The position numbers were made by a program, and so were the translations under genes. Positions 1-9,394 of a stretch of 32,900 nt of DNA are shown here, in pieces; the first letter of the stretch is position 1; each line of letters starts with the position of its first letter. The DNA comes from Archangium sp. (lineage in GTDB: Bacteria > Myxococcota > Myxococcia > Myxococcales > Myxococcaceae): the NCBI GenBank assembly GCA_031367385.1, contig JANLPS010000254.1, positions 1 to 32,900 of the forward strand, given 5' to 3'. Under the pieces are notes generated by a model. It saw only the letters and a program-made list of their open reading frames with translations. It was not told the DNA's origin and searched no databases.

Positions 1-1
1 G

Positions 2-2461
2 CTCGACCCGGTGACTTTCGAGATCATCTCGGGCGCCAGCGGGCAATATGGCTCATCTGGCAGCCACGCCACGCCGGGCGCCCTCGGAGGGCAAATGGCG
101 AGTTCACCTCCGACCTACGGCGGGGCGCTTCGGCTGAGCCCTGGCGGGGGCGGGGGCGGCGCGAGCGGAGGCGCGGGGGGCGGGGTCTGTGACATCACCG
201 CGGCCTCCGTCATTCTCAACGGCCAAATTCGAGCCCAAGGCAACTCGGGCGCGCTCTACAACGGAGGCGGCGCCGGCGGCAGCATCGGCATCGCCACCAC
301 CTCGTTTTCGGGCGGGGGCGGCTTGATCGCCAACGGCAACGGGGGCGGCGGAGCGGGCAGAATCAGAGTCACCTCGACGACCTGGGGCTTCACCGGGGTC
401 GTCTTGGCCACGGGCGGGTACGGGGGCAGCTGGGGGAGCGTCTACCTGCTCGATTCGATGAATCGTTTTCGAGTGATGACGCCCGTCGTGTTCAGTGGCG
501 GCGAGACCTTTGCCGAAGTTCTTTTGCAGTCAGGTGGGGTCTTGACGCTCTCGAACGATTCGACGATTCAGCAGCCCCTGCAGGTGCCCGTGGGCACGCA
601 GGTGGTCTTCGCTGGCTCGAATTCGGCGAACCACGTGACGCTCGGCGGAGTCGATGGGGTGGTGACCGTCAATGCAGCGCTTGCCCTGAAGACGAAATTA
701 GTCGTTCGCGGAACGCTGGTCGTCAACGCCTCGCTCTCTGTGCCCGACCTCGACGTCGAGATGAATGGTCTGGTGACCCACGCACCCCAGGTCACGGGCT
801 TCAACCTGGCCGCAACGAATGACTTGAACGTCAAGTTCGGCGGAGCCATCGATGCGTCGGGCTTAGGCCTCCCGGGCGGCGCGTCAGGGGGCCCATTCGG
901 TCGCTCCGGCGCGACGGTCGAGCCGGTTTCGAATGCGGTCGTCGCGGGCAGCGGCGATGGCAACGGCGGCAGTCATGCTGGGCGCGGCGGTGCGGCGTTG
1001 GCCACGAACCCCGTGGCAGCCGTCTACGATGACGTCGAGGGGCCACGCTCCCCAGGCGGGGGCGGTGGGGCTTACGCGTATTCGAGCGGGGGCAATGGAG
1101 GAGGCGTCATCCGCCTCTCCGCCGCCCGAATGAATGTCGCAGGGAGAATCTCGAGCAACGGCACCTCAGGCACGGTCGTCGCAAGTGTGTTCGACCCCAC
1201 CGGGGCCGGCGCCGGAGGGACGATCGTCATCTCGACCGGGCCGCTGACGGGGGCCGGCCAGCTGTCAGCGCGCGGAGGTGCGGGGTCAGGGAGCGGCTCG
1301 GGCGGAGGTGGGGGCATCATTCACATCGACGCGAGCTCGATTGATGCCACCATCGTGCGAAGTGTTGCTGGTGGCAGTGGTGCCGCACCTGGCACGGTTG
1401 GCGCGTCGGTCGAACACCTCGCAGCGACGCTTCGCATCGTCAGCGCGCCACCGACCAGTATCAAGGTCGGTCAGACGCTCTCGTACCAGGCAACGGCGAT
1501 CGGCCCGACCCCCGTCACCTGGTCTCTGCTGACCTCGCCGAGCGGTGCGGCGGTCTCAGGAGCGGGTTTGGTGACGTGGGCTTCGTTCGGCTCGGTGCCG
1601 GCCCTCTTTCGTCTTCAGGCGGCAGCCGATGGTGGCACCGATGACCAGACTTTCAGCGTCGACGTGTTGACGCCGCCCAAGATCACGAGTCTCGCCAATG
1701 GGCGAGCCACCCGTGGCGAGCCGTATGAATACGACGCCGACTCGACCGCGCAGGCGAGCGGTTCGGGGCCCCTTGAATGGTCGTTGGTCTCTGCGCCGCC
1801 GGGCTTTGCGATTGAGGCCCTGACCGGAGCCGTGACGTGGGCCGCTCCGGCGACTGGCGCCTTCGCGGTGTGCCTGCAGGTCAAGAACACCGTCGGCGAA
1901 GCGGTGCAGTGCTTCGCCATCGTGGTTGAACCTCCCACGAGTGGCATCGACGCAGGCGCGCCTCTGCTCGACGCGGGTGTTTCGGTGGTTGACGCCGGTG
2001 CTCCAGCCGTCGACGCGGGCGGCTTTTCGGCCGATGCCGGCGTCGAACCAGCACAGCCACCCCACTTCGTGTCATCGCCTTCAACCAGCGGGTATTGCGG
2101 CGTGCCCTACCGGTACTCGGGGGCGCGGGTGCCTCAGGTCGACGGCTCAGGCCCGCTCTCATTCTCGGTGAGCGCGATCGCAGGCGGAGTGCTGCCCACT
2201 GGTCTCACGATTGATGGCACCACCGGAGAGCTCAGTTGGACTCCACGAAAAGAACAGCGTGGGGCCACCCCAATTCAGCTGACGGTGATGAACGCCCTCG
2301 GTCGAGACGACCAGGTTTTTTCGGTTCAGGTCGAGTGCCCGGAGGCGCCGAACACGGCCGTGGGGTGCTCGTGCGGCGCTTCGCCCATCGAAGGCCTGTG
2401 GGTGGGGCTTGCGCTCTTGATCACCCGGAGACGACGCAGCGAGCACCGCTCGGGCCACTAA
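2..2461 (+). CDS. Large Gly-rich cell-surface protein with putative Ig (He_PIG-like) domains and C-terminal MYXO-CTERM sorting signal; 5'-partial
   Basis: Frame is open to the window edge. Repeated GGGxGGxI-x-I...GxIxAxG Gly-rich units; three Ig-like repeats (YQATA..W.L...P.G..V...G.VTW; YEY..W.L...PPG..I...TG.VTW; LPTGLTIDGTTGELSWTP); DAG-rich linker; ends GCSCGA + hydrophobic stretch + RRRR. Confidence 0.8.
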   Translation, partial: LDPVTFEIISGASGQYGSSGSHATPGALGGQMASSPPTYGGALRLSPGGGGGGASGGAGGGVCDITAASVILNGQIRAQGNSGALYNGGGAGGSIGIATTSFSGGGGLIANGNGGGGAGRIRVTSTTWGFTGVVLATGGYGGSWGSVYLLDSMNRFRVMTPVVFSGGETFAEVLLQSGGVLTLSNDSTIQQPLQVPVGTQVVFAGSNSANHVTLGGVDGVVTVNAALALKTKLVVRGTLVVNASLSVPDLDVEMNGLVTHAPQVTGFNLAATNDLNVKFGGAIDASGLGLPGGASGGPFGRSGATVEPVSNAVVAGSGDGNGGSHAGRGGAALATNPVAAVYDDVEGPRSPGGGGGAYAYSSGGNGGGVIRLSAARMNVAGRISSNGTSGTVVASVFDPTGAGAGGTIVISTGPLTGAGQLSARGGAGSGSGSGGGGGIIHIDASSIDATIVRSVAGGSGAAPGTVGASVEHLAATLRIVSAPPTSIKVGQTLSYQATAIGPTPVTWSLLTSPSGAAVSGAGLVTWASFGSVPALFRLQAAADGGTDDQTFSVDVLTPPKITSLANGRATRGEPYEYDADSTAQASGSGPLEWSLVSAPPGFAIEALTGAVTWAAPATGAFAVCLQVKNTVGEAVQCFAIVVEPPTSGIDAGAPLLDAGVSVVDAGAPAVDAGGFSADAGVEPAQPPHFVSSPSTSGYCGVPYRYSGARVPQVDGSGPLSFSVSAIAGGVLPTGLTIDGTTGELSWTPRKEQRGATPIQLTVMNALGRDDQVFSVQVECPEAPNTAVGCSCGASPIEGLWVGLALLITRRRRSEHRSGH
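1949..2041 (+). repeat. Five DAG-motif peptide repeats at about 7-aa spacing in a low-complexity linker
   Basis: Translation IDAGAPLLDAGVSVVDAGAPAVDAGGFSADAGV. Confidence 0.7.
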
Positions 2462-3135
2462 CCCTTCACGGCGGGTTGCGCAATCACCAGAAGCAACCCA
2501 TCGACAAGCCCAACCCACCCACGCTGCTCGTGCACCGGGCAAGGGCCGTCAACCGCGATTGAAAAACGCCACCCTGCGTCACTCGCGACGAACTCACCCG
2601 GCCTCAGCCCAATCAGCCCCAGCGGCGCTCTCAACCCAACGCCCCATACTTTGAGCACCGCCTCCTTCGCGGCCCAGGCCAGCGCCAATCGCGCCGGCTG
2701 CAACGCCGGAGGAACGATGTCCCACCTGGCCAGCTCGCCTTCAGCGAAGGCCTCTCGTGCAAAAGACGCATCAGGGCTCAGCGAGGCAGATTCGAGATCG
2801 ACTCCCAAGGGTTCACCGCGAGCCGCGATCGCCACCGCCTGGCCCGATGAATGCGAGATCGACACCGCCACCCCACCCGGTGGCTGCAGCACCGGCCGGC
2901 CAACATCTTCGCCACCCACCTGCGCCAGCACCTCGAACGGCTCAGCGACGCCAATCGCCCTCACCGCCTCATGCGCCGCGACCCGCCCCGCGAAAAACTC
3001 AGCCCGTCGCTTCTCAGTCTTGCCGCGTTCGAAGAGGGCTCGCTCGAGCGGCCCCAGAGGCATCGACCCGCTGCCGACCTGGCACCAGCGCACCTCGATG
3101 ACTCGGGCACCGAGCGTGACTCGGTGAATCGTCAC
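2458..3135 (-). CDS. 4'-phosphopantetheinyl transferase (Sfp/EntD-type)
   Basis: Motifs RRAEFFAGR, GRP, SISHS, LGVDLE, WAAKEAVLK. GTGA overlap with the upstream PKS stop; stop overlaps the stop of the convergent gene at 2458-2461. Confidence 0.92.
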   Translation of the reverse strand: MTIHRVTLGARVIEVRWCQVGSGSMPLGPLERALFERGKTEKRRAEFFAGRVAAHEAVRAIGVAEPFEVLAQVGGEDVGRPVLQPPGGVAVSISHSSGQAVAIAARGEPLGVDLESASLSPDASFAREAFAEGELARWDIVPPALQPARLALAWAAKEAVLKVWGVGLRAPLGLIGLRPGEFVASDAGWRFSIAVDGPCPVHEQRGWVGLVDGLLLVIAQPAVKG

Positions 3136-6100
3136 GCCATCTGCTCATCGGGCCGGCTCGCGTCGAGCCGCCGCAGACACAGCCGTTCGACCGCCAGCAA
3201 CAAGCCGCCGTCGGCACCACGCACCTCGATGTCGTAAAACGTATCGAGCCCACTCACGTCGACTGGGCGCGCACGCACATGGGCACCCTCATCGAGCTGC
3301 CGCATGCGCCCGCACCGCAGCGACGCGACCCCCATCGGCACCGAGACCACCTTGCGGTGATGCCCGTCCCAATTCGCGGCGACTTGAAACGCGGCGTCCA
3401 TCAGCAAGGGGTCGAAGCCGAAGTGGGGGCGGCTGATGTTCGAGAAAATATCGCGGTACCGCGGAGCCCGAATGATGCCCTCGACGGTCTCAGCCCCCAC
3501 ATAGACCCACTCCGCGCGGCAGAAGAGCGGGCCCAGGTACACCGGGTCTTTGGCGAGATGAAAAATCGAGCGCGCGCGAGCACCCGGCAGCGCATCGGGC
3601 ATCGTACCGGTGCCTGGCTCGAACTTCTGGGCCGGCCCAAGCACGAAGGTGCCCCGGTGATGAATGCGCGTCTGCATCACGTCGCTCTGCCCCAGCTTGA
3701 GCTCGCTGCGTGTCTCGACCTCGACCCGAATCTCGGAGCCCTTGCGGTCGACCACCCGCGCGTGAATTTCGACCAGCACCGGCTGCGCCCTGAACAGCTT
3801 GAGCGGCACACCGATCTCGAGGTTCTCGCCGCGCAGCACGGTCAAGTCAGGCCGCACCAGACTCGCGCCCTCGGCCATCAGCTCGAAGCCAAACGTGCCA
3901 GGCAGAATCGGCACGCCGTACAGCTGGTGCTGCAGCAAGAACTTGTCACGCGTCAAATCGAAGCTGCGAGCGACCACGACTTCGTTCTCTGACTGCCGAA
4001 TCAGGCGATCGATCAGCGGCAGGTCAGACGGTATCAACAGCGCGCCGCGATCATCGAACAGGCGCAGCTGCGTCGGGCCCTCGGCCGAGCTGCCCAAGAA
4101 CGGCCATTCGCGAAACAGGCGCTCTTCGAAGATGGCCACTTCGCGCTCGAAGCCGCCGACCATGTATTCGTTGATGAACCAGAAAACACCCTCGGCCGGA
4201 GAGATGAACGACACGCCGGTCGACTCCACCATCGAGCGTTTTCTGGCCGCCGCGCCCACCCGCTCCCAGGCCGTCCAGTCCAACGTCACGCAGCGGGTCG
4301 AGGGCCTCGCGCGGTGCGCATAGGCCATCGCACACTTACTCATCAAGTCATTCGCCGCGCAGTAATCGCTCTGGCCCTTGTTGCCGAACCGGCCTGCGCC
4401 CGAGCCGAAGCACATCACCAACTTGAGGTCATCACCCTGCGTCGACTCGAGCAGGTGCATCAGGCCCAACGCCTTCGCAGCCAACGTCGCTTCGACGCCC
4501 GCCGGAGTCTTGTCAGGCAAGCTCTTCGACGCCTCGACCATCGCGCCGTGCACGAGGCCGTCGATGCCGCCGTACAAGTCGCGAACCCGGCCGACCAGGT
4601 CGCGCACCTGGCTCGCGTCGGTGACGTCACACACTTCGTATTGAATCGGCAACCCGAGGGCGAACCCCTCGGCGAGGTTGCGGTGCAGCTCGCGAGCACG
4701 AGCCTCGGCGTCGAACGCGTTGGCGAACTTCACCGGCGTCAACGTGGGGTCGAGCTTCTTGCGGCGAATCATCTCGTCGCGCCGGTAGGCCTCGAACGCT
4801 TCGTCGTCGAGCTCGAGGTACGCCTCTCCACCGCTCGGCGGAGGCGTTCGACCGGTCAGAATCACCCGCGCGCCAAGCCGGGCGACCGCCTTGGCGACTT
4901 CGAACACCGCGCCGCGGCCACCGCCCGAGAACAAGAGCGTCCACGCGGGGTCGATCGACCTGCGAACCGTGTCACCCTCGGGGAAGCTGGCGCGTCGCAT
5001 GCCGACGCCGAACCTTCGGCCGCAGAAATACCCGACCTCGACCCGGTCTGAGCCCTCCTCGAGCTCTTGTATCGCGCGCTCTGCGACGAGCTCGGTGTCA
5101 ACGCTCGCGTCGAAGTCGACGACCTTCGCCACCAACGCCGGGAGCTCTTGCTTGAGCCCCTTCAAGAACCCGGCGATCGACCCGCCGAGTACGTTGCCGC
5201 CATCGCCCAAGAACCCGAAGTCGCCGCCCATCGCCGTCAGCGCGAGGTAGCTGGCCTGTCGCTCGGTCGCCCGTTCGAAGCCGCGATACAGCGCTTTCGA
5301 GGTGCCCAACCAGCGAGCGCTCGTCTCTTGCGCCGCCTTCCAAAACGTTTGGTGCCCTTGGGCCAGAAAGTAGTCGTTCGGCACGAACTCAGCGGCATCG
5401 ATGACACCGTCGACTCCGCCCAGCGCGGTCACCGCGTCGCGTACTTTTCGTTCGACCTCGACCGGGTCGACCAGGCCCTTCACCGAGAGCACGCCGTGCG
5501 CCGCGCCCCGGCGATCGAGCGCGCTGACCAGGCTGGTCTTCACGTCTTCGCGATCGACCAGCAGCAAGAACCGCTTCTTCGCGACCGGGTACCGCTTGAG
5601 GCTCGGCAAACAGAGCGGCACCAGGTCGACCGCCCACCGGTTCGCGAACAACCCGCGCGGAGGCAACGGCGATGGGCGCGAGGTCGAGCTCGGGTCGATG
5701 CGCCGATCTCGCAAATGAATGTTGTCATGCTCCTCGAGGAGCAGGTGGTAGTTCGACCCCCCCAGGCCAAACGCGCTGACCCCTGCGCGGCGAAGGCCTT
5801 GCTGCGGCAATCGCCAGGGCCGGCTCTCGAGTGAGAGCGCGAGCGGTATCTTGTCGAAGGGTATCTCGGGGTTCGGGTACTCGCCGCCGTTCATCGGAGG
5901 CAACACCTGGGTGCTCAACGCGAACGTGGTCTTGATCAGCCCCATCATCCCGCCGGCCGAGCTGAGGTGGCCGATCTGCGACTTGACCGAGCCCAACGCG
6001 ACCGGGTTATCGCGCCCGCGCGACTCGAACACGCTGCCGTACGCCGCCGCCTCGCTCACGTCAGACCGCCTGGTGCCGCTGCCGTGGCCTTCGACGAGGT

Positions 6101-8492
6101 CGACCCACGCGGGGTCAACCACCGCGGCCTCGAGCGCGCGTGACACCGAGCGTGCTTGACCGAGCGAGCTGGGCGCGAACATCGAGGTGCCACGCCCGTC
6201 ACTCGACGAGCCGATGCCGCTGATCACCGCGAGAATCTTGTCGCGCGCCGCTTCGGCGGCCTCGAGGCGCTTGAGCACGACCGCTCCGGCGCCTTCGGCG
6301 GGCACGAACCCGTCAGCACGATCATCGAAGGGAAACGAGCCGCGCGCGCACACCACGTTCAATGCGCACAACGCGACGTAGTACTCGGGCAACAGGTTGT
6401 ACGCGACGCCGCCAGCGATGACGACGTCGGCTTCTCCGAGCACCAACGAGAGCGCACCGGCATGCACCGCCACCATCGAGCTGGCGCAGGCCGCGTCGAC
6501 CGAGAGGGCTCCGCCTGAAAAGGCGTAGCACCCCGCGAGCCGCGAAGCGCACGAGAGCCCCGAGTAGGCGTGCATCGTATCTTCGCTCAGCTTGACCAGG
6601 TTCTCGGTGTACTTGGCCCGCATCGCCTCGAGCAGCGCTTCGAGCTCACGGCCCGAGAACCCCTGCGCGCTCAACGTCTGGCGGCTCAACCGAATGAATC
6701 GCTCGCAGGTGAAGCGTCGCTCGAGCTCGAGCTCTTTCTCGCGCAATGGCAGCTGCCCGAAGATCACCTTCACGCGCCGACGGTCCCACTGGCCTTCTTG
6801 GTACTTCGCCGACTCGAGCGCCTCGGCACCGGCCAACAGCGACAAGTGCACCGCGCGATCGAGCGAGGCCAGGGTCGCAGGTGGCAGCTTGAAGCGCTTC
6901 GGGTCGAGCTTGGGCATGTCGACCAGCCCGGCCAGCTTGGGCACCGTCGAGCCCTCTTGCACGAACGGCCGCAGCATCTGCTCGACATCGAAGCGGCTGG
7001 TCGGCAGGTCGCGAATGGTGTCGACCTTGCCGATGATGTTCTTCCACAAGGTGCGCGCGTCTGAGGCGCCGGGGGCGATCGCTCCCATGCCGACGATCGC
7101 GATCTTCTGATCGGCTCTGGCCCGCTGTTTCGGCCCCGCCCGCTTGCGTTGCGGCTTCTGCGGAGGTGCGCCGATCAGCGCGTGGTAAGCGCTCCCGCCA
7201 CCGGCGGTGTTGCTCACCGCGACCAGGGCGTCTGCTGCCAATCGGGTCGGCGTGCGGCTGGCTGAGAGCTCACCCAGGCCACTCCTTCGAAACGCATGGC
7301 TGGTGGTGGGCGGCACCGTGCCCTGCTCCACCGCCATCACCGCGCGGAGCATCGAGACCATGCCGCTGGCCGCTTGCTGAAAACCGACTTGGTGTGCACC
7401 ACTGCCCACACTCAAGGGCCGACCGCGGTGCTGCGCATAGGCCGAGCGAAGGCCGAGCAGCTCTTCGTCTTCCCACGGCACCACGCCGCAGGCCTGCACT
7501 TCAGCGTGCGCCACCGCGTCGGCATCGACCGCTGCCGCATCGAGACCTTCACGGGCCGCGCGATCGACGATCTTCGAGAGCTGCGAGAGCCCCTGTCTCG
7601 AAAACTGAGAAGCCTGGGTCAAGCTGCGGAGCACCGCATACACGCGCCGGCCCTCGCGCTCGGCGTCTTCGAGCCGGCAGAGCACCAGCGACGCCGCGCC
7701 TTCACCGGGCAGCGTGCCTTGCGCGAGCTCTCCTAGCGGGTCGAACTCGCCTTGGGCCAGCCACCCACGGGCCTGCAACACCGCGTAGGTCGACGCTGAC
7801 AGGAGCGGAGACAACGCGCCCACCGCCACCACGTCACACTGCGACAGGGTCAGCGCCTGCGCAGCCAGGTGCAGCGCCGCCAGCGACGACGCCGGGCCCG
7901 CATCGACGGCGAAGTGACCACCGGTGGTGTTGAAGAGCGCCGACACCCGCCCAGCCACCACGCTCGCGGTGGTGCTCAGCGAATCAGGTGTCACGGTCGG
8001 CGCCTCGGCCTCGAGCGCCTTCGCCACCGACGCCACCAGCGCAGCCGCATTCGGGTGCCCCTTGAATTGGGCCCGCAGCGCATCGGTGAGCTCAGCGCTG
8101 CGCAGCCGCAACATCGAGTTGATCGTCTCGTCGACGCCGATGCCCGAAGCGCCCAGGTAAATCGCGCACCGCTCGGGGCCTTCGTTCGGCGCGATACCCG
8201 CATCGAGCATCGACTGGGCGACCACGTGCATCAGCACCCGCTCCGCCCGGTGCATCTGGGTCGCGGTCGACGGCGGCACTCGAAACGTCTTCCAGTCGAA
8301 CGGGTACTCGGAGAGCAGGCCCCCACGCAACGGGTGCGCAAGACCGGCGTCGATCGCCCACGACTCGGGGCACGCGGTCAGCCCACTCTGGCCCGCCAAC
8401 GTCTGCTGCCAGAGCGCCTTGGGGTTCGCCGCGCCCGGCAAGTGGCACCCCATGCCGATGATCGCGAGCGGCGTTTGTGAAGCATTGCTCAT
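3132..8492 (-). CDS. Pfa/Hgl-like type I PKS subunit B: KS0(CLF-like)-KS-KR-DH
   Basis: N-terminal KS fold with DAGPASS (Cys->Pro) and no catalytic His. Second KS intact (DAACASS, EGHGSGT, GHLSSA). KR with SGGGRG and FGSGAGRFGNKGQSDYCAAND. DH with HQLYGVPILPG and MDAAFQ. Start moved from 8534 to the ATG at 8492, which forms an ATGA overlap with the upstream stop. Confidence 0.9.
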   Translation of the reverse strand: MSNASQTPLAIIGMGCHLPGAANPKALWQQTLAGQSGLTACPESWAIDAGLAHPLRGGLLSEYPFDWKTFRVPPSTATQMHRAERVLMHVVAQSMLDAGIAPNEGPERCAIYLGASGIGVDETINSMLRLRSAELTDALRAQFKGHPNAAALVASVAKALEAEAPTVTPDSLSTTASVVAGRVSALFNTTGGHFAVDAGPASSLAALHLAAQALTLSQCDVVAVGALSPLLSASTYAVLQARGWLAQGEFDPLGELAQGTLPGEGAASLVLCRLEDAEREGRRVYAVLRSLTQASQFSRQGLSQLSKIVDRAAREGLDAAAVDADAVAHAEVQACGVVPWEDEELLGLRSAYAQHRGRPLSVGSGAHQVGFQQAASGMVSMLRAVMAVEQGTVPPTTSHAFRRSGLGELSASRTPTRLAADALVAVSNTAGGGSAYHALIGAPPQKPQRKRAGPKQRARADQKIAIVGMGAIAPGASDARTLWKNIIGKVDTIRDLPTSRFDVEQMLRPFVQEGSTVPKLAGLVDMPKLDPKRFKLPPATLASLDRAVHLSLLAGAEALESAKYQEGQWDRRRVKVIFGQLPLREKELELERRFTCERFIRLSRQTLSAQGFSGRELEALLEAMRAKYTENLVKLSEDTMHAYSGLSCASRLAGCYAFSGGALSVDAACASSMVAVHAGALSLVLGEADVVIAGGVAYNLLPEYYVALCALNVVCARGSFPFDDRADGFVPAEGAGAVVLKRLEAAEAARDKILAVISGIGSSSDGRGTSMFAPSSLGQARSVSRALEAAVVDPAWVDLVEGHGSGTRRSDVSEAAAYGSVFESRGRDNPVALGSVKSQIGHLSSAGGMMGLIKTTFALSTQVLPPMNGGEYPNPEIPFDKIPLALSLESRPWRLPQQGLRRAGVSAFGLGGSNYHLLLEEHDNIHLRDRRIDPSSTSRPSPLPPRGLFANRWAVDLVPLCLPSLKRYPVAKKRFLLLVDREDVKTSLVSALDRRGAAHGVLSVKGLVDPVEVERKVRDAVTALGGVDGVIDAAEFVPNDYFLAQGHQTFWKAAQETSARWLGTSKALYRGFERATERQASYLALTAMGGDFGFLGDGGNVLGGSIAGFLKGLKQELPALVAKVVDFDASVDTELVAERAIQELEEGSDRVEVGYFCGRRFGVGMRRASFPEGDTVRRSIDPAWTLLFSGGGRGAVFEVAKAVARLGARVILTGRTPPPSGGEAYLELDDEAFEAYRRDEMIRRKKLDPTLTPVKFANAFDAEARARELHRNLAEGFALGLPIQYEVCDVTDASQVRDLVGRVRDLYGGIDGLVHGAMVEASKSLPDKTPAGVEATLAAKALGLMHLLESTQGDDLKLVMCFGSGAGRFGNKGQSDYCAANDLMSKCAMAYAHRARPSTRCVTLDWTAWERVGAAARKRSMVESTGVSFISPAEGVFWFINEYMVGGFEREVAIFEERLFREWPFLGSSAEGPTQLRLFDDRGALLIPSDLPLIDRLIRQSENEVVVARSFDLTRDKFLLQHQLYGVPILPGTFGFELMAEGASLVRPDLTVLRGENLEIGVPLKLFRAQPVLVEIHARVVDRKGSEIRVEVETRSELKLGQSDVMQTRIHHRGTFVLGPAQKFEPGTGTMPDALPGARARSIFHLAKDPVYLGPLFCRAEWVYVGAETVEGIIRAPRYRDIFSNISRPHFGFDPLLMDAAFQVAANWDGHHRKVVSVPMGVASLRCGRMRQLDEGAHVRARPVDVSGLDTFYDIEVRGADGGLLLAVERLCLRRLDASRPDEQMA

Positions 8493-9394
8493 TGAGCAGC
8501 CGGGGCTTCGAGGAGACGAACGAACGATTGCCACTCGACTCGCGGCACGATGCTCCGCTCGAGGAGTATGGAGCGCGGCGCGAGGCGCACACCGTGGAGC
8601 TCGAGGGCGGGCTTGCGGTCGACTCCGAAGGCGGTGGCGTCGAAACAGGGCGCGCCGGCGACGCTGCCGCGGCAGGTGATCGTGCCAAGCAACCCTTCAT
8701 CAGCGCGGGGTATGCGGTACCACTCGATGCGGTCGACCGCCTGCACCCGGCCACCTTCACCGGCCAGCGCGTACCACTGCCACTCGGTCAACTGCTGCAG
8801 GCCCTCGATGACCCCGGGGCAAGAGGCCAGCGGAGTCGATGGCGAGAGCACGCCGAAGTGTGGCCCGCGCTCGCCCAGGCCGCCGATCAGGTGCCCCAGC
8901 CCTCGGGTCGTGGCCCACTGCACCACCCGGTGCGTGCCCGCGGCGACCTGCACATCGGCCGCGGCGTACAAGGCGGAGCCATTGAGGCTTTTCCCCCGGC
9001 GATCGAGCGACCACTCTTCGGGGTTGAGCACCGTTGGTGCCTCTCGCGGTGAATCGGCGAGCTCGATCAACCCCGACGCGATCGCGATCGGCTCGCCGCC
9101 TTCGCGCGGTTGCTGCAGGCTCACGTGAAGCTCGGCGCCGACCCGCCGGGCCTGGCAGAGAATCGGTGTCGTCGAGCTCAACGCCGGGTGCGTCGAGAAC
9201 AGCCCGCGGCGCAATCGCACCAACCGGTGATGGGGAAAAACCAACGCGGCGGTCTGCGACATCAGCTCGAGGCAAAAAGCAAAAGAGGTCTCGGCGCCGA
9301 CCGGGGCCAGCGCCACTGCTTCTTCACGACCCTTGAGCTCGATCACTCGCTCGAGCAACGGCGTGCGATGCAGCCCGCTCAAAGACCCGATCAC
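8489..9394 (-). CDS. Stand-alone double-hotdog dehydratase-like protein, probably catalytically inactive (pseudo-DH)
   Basis: Aligns by eye with the DH of subunit B: PLLERVI vs PLIDRLI; FCLELMSQTAALV vs FGFELMAEGASLV; FDATAFGVDRKPALELHGVRL vs YDIEVRGADGGLLLAVERLCL. Lacks HxxxGxxxxP. Coupled by 4-nt overlaps on both sides. Confidence 0.7.
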   Translation of the reverse strand: MIGSLSGLHRTPLLERVIELKGREEAVALAPVGAETSFAFCLELMSQTAALVFPHHRLVRLRRGLFSTHPALSSTTPILCQARRVGAELHVSLQQPREGGEPIAIASGLIELADSPREAPTVLNPEEWSLDRRGKSLNGSALYAAADVQVAAGTHRVVQWATTRGLGHLIGGLGERGPHFGVLSPSTPLASCPGVIEGLQQLTEWQWYALAGEGGRVQAVDRIEWYRIPRADEGLLGTITCRGSVAGAPCFDATAFGVDRKPALELHGVRLAPRSILLERSIVPRVEWQSFVRLLEAPAAQ

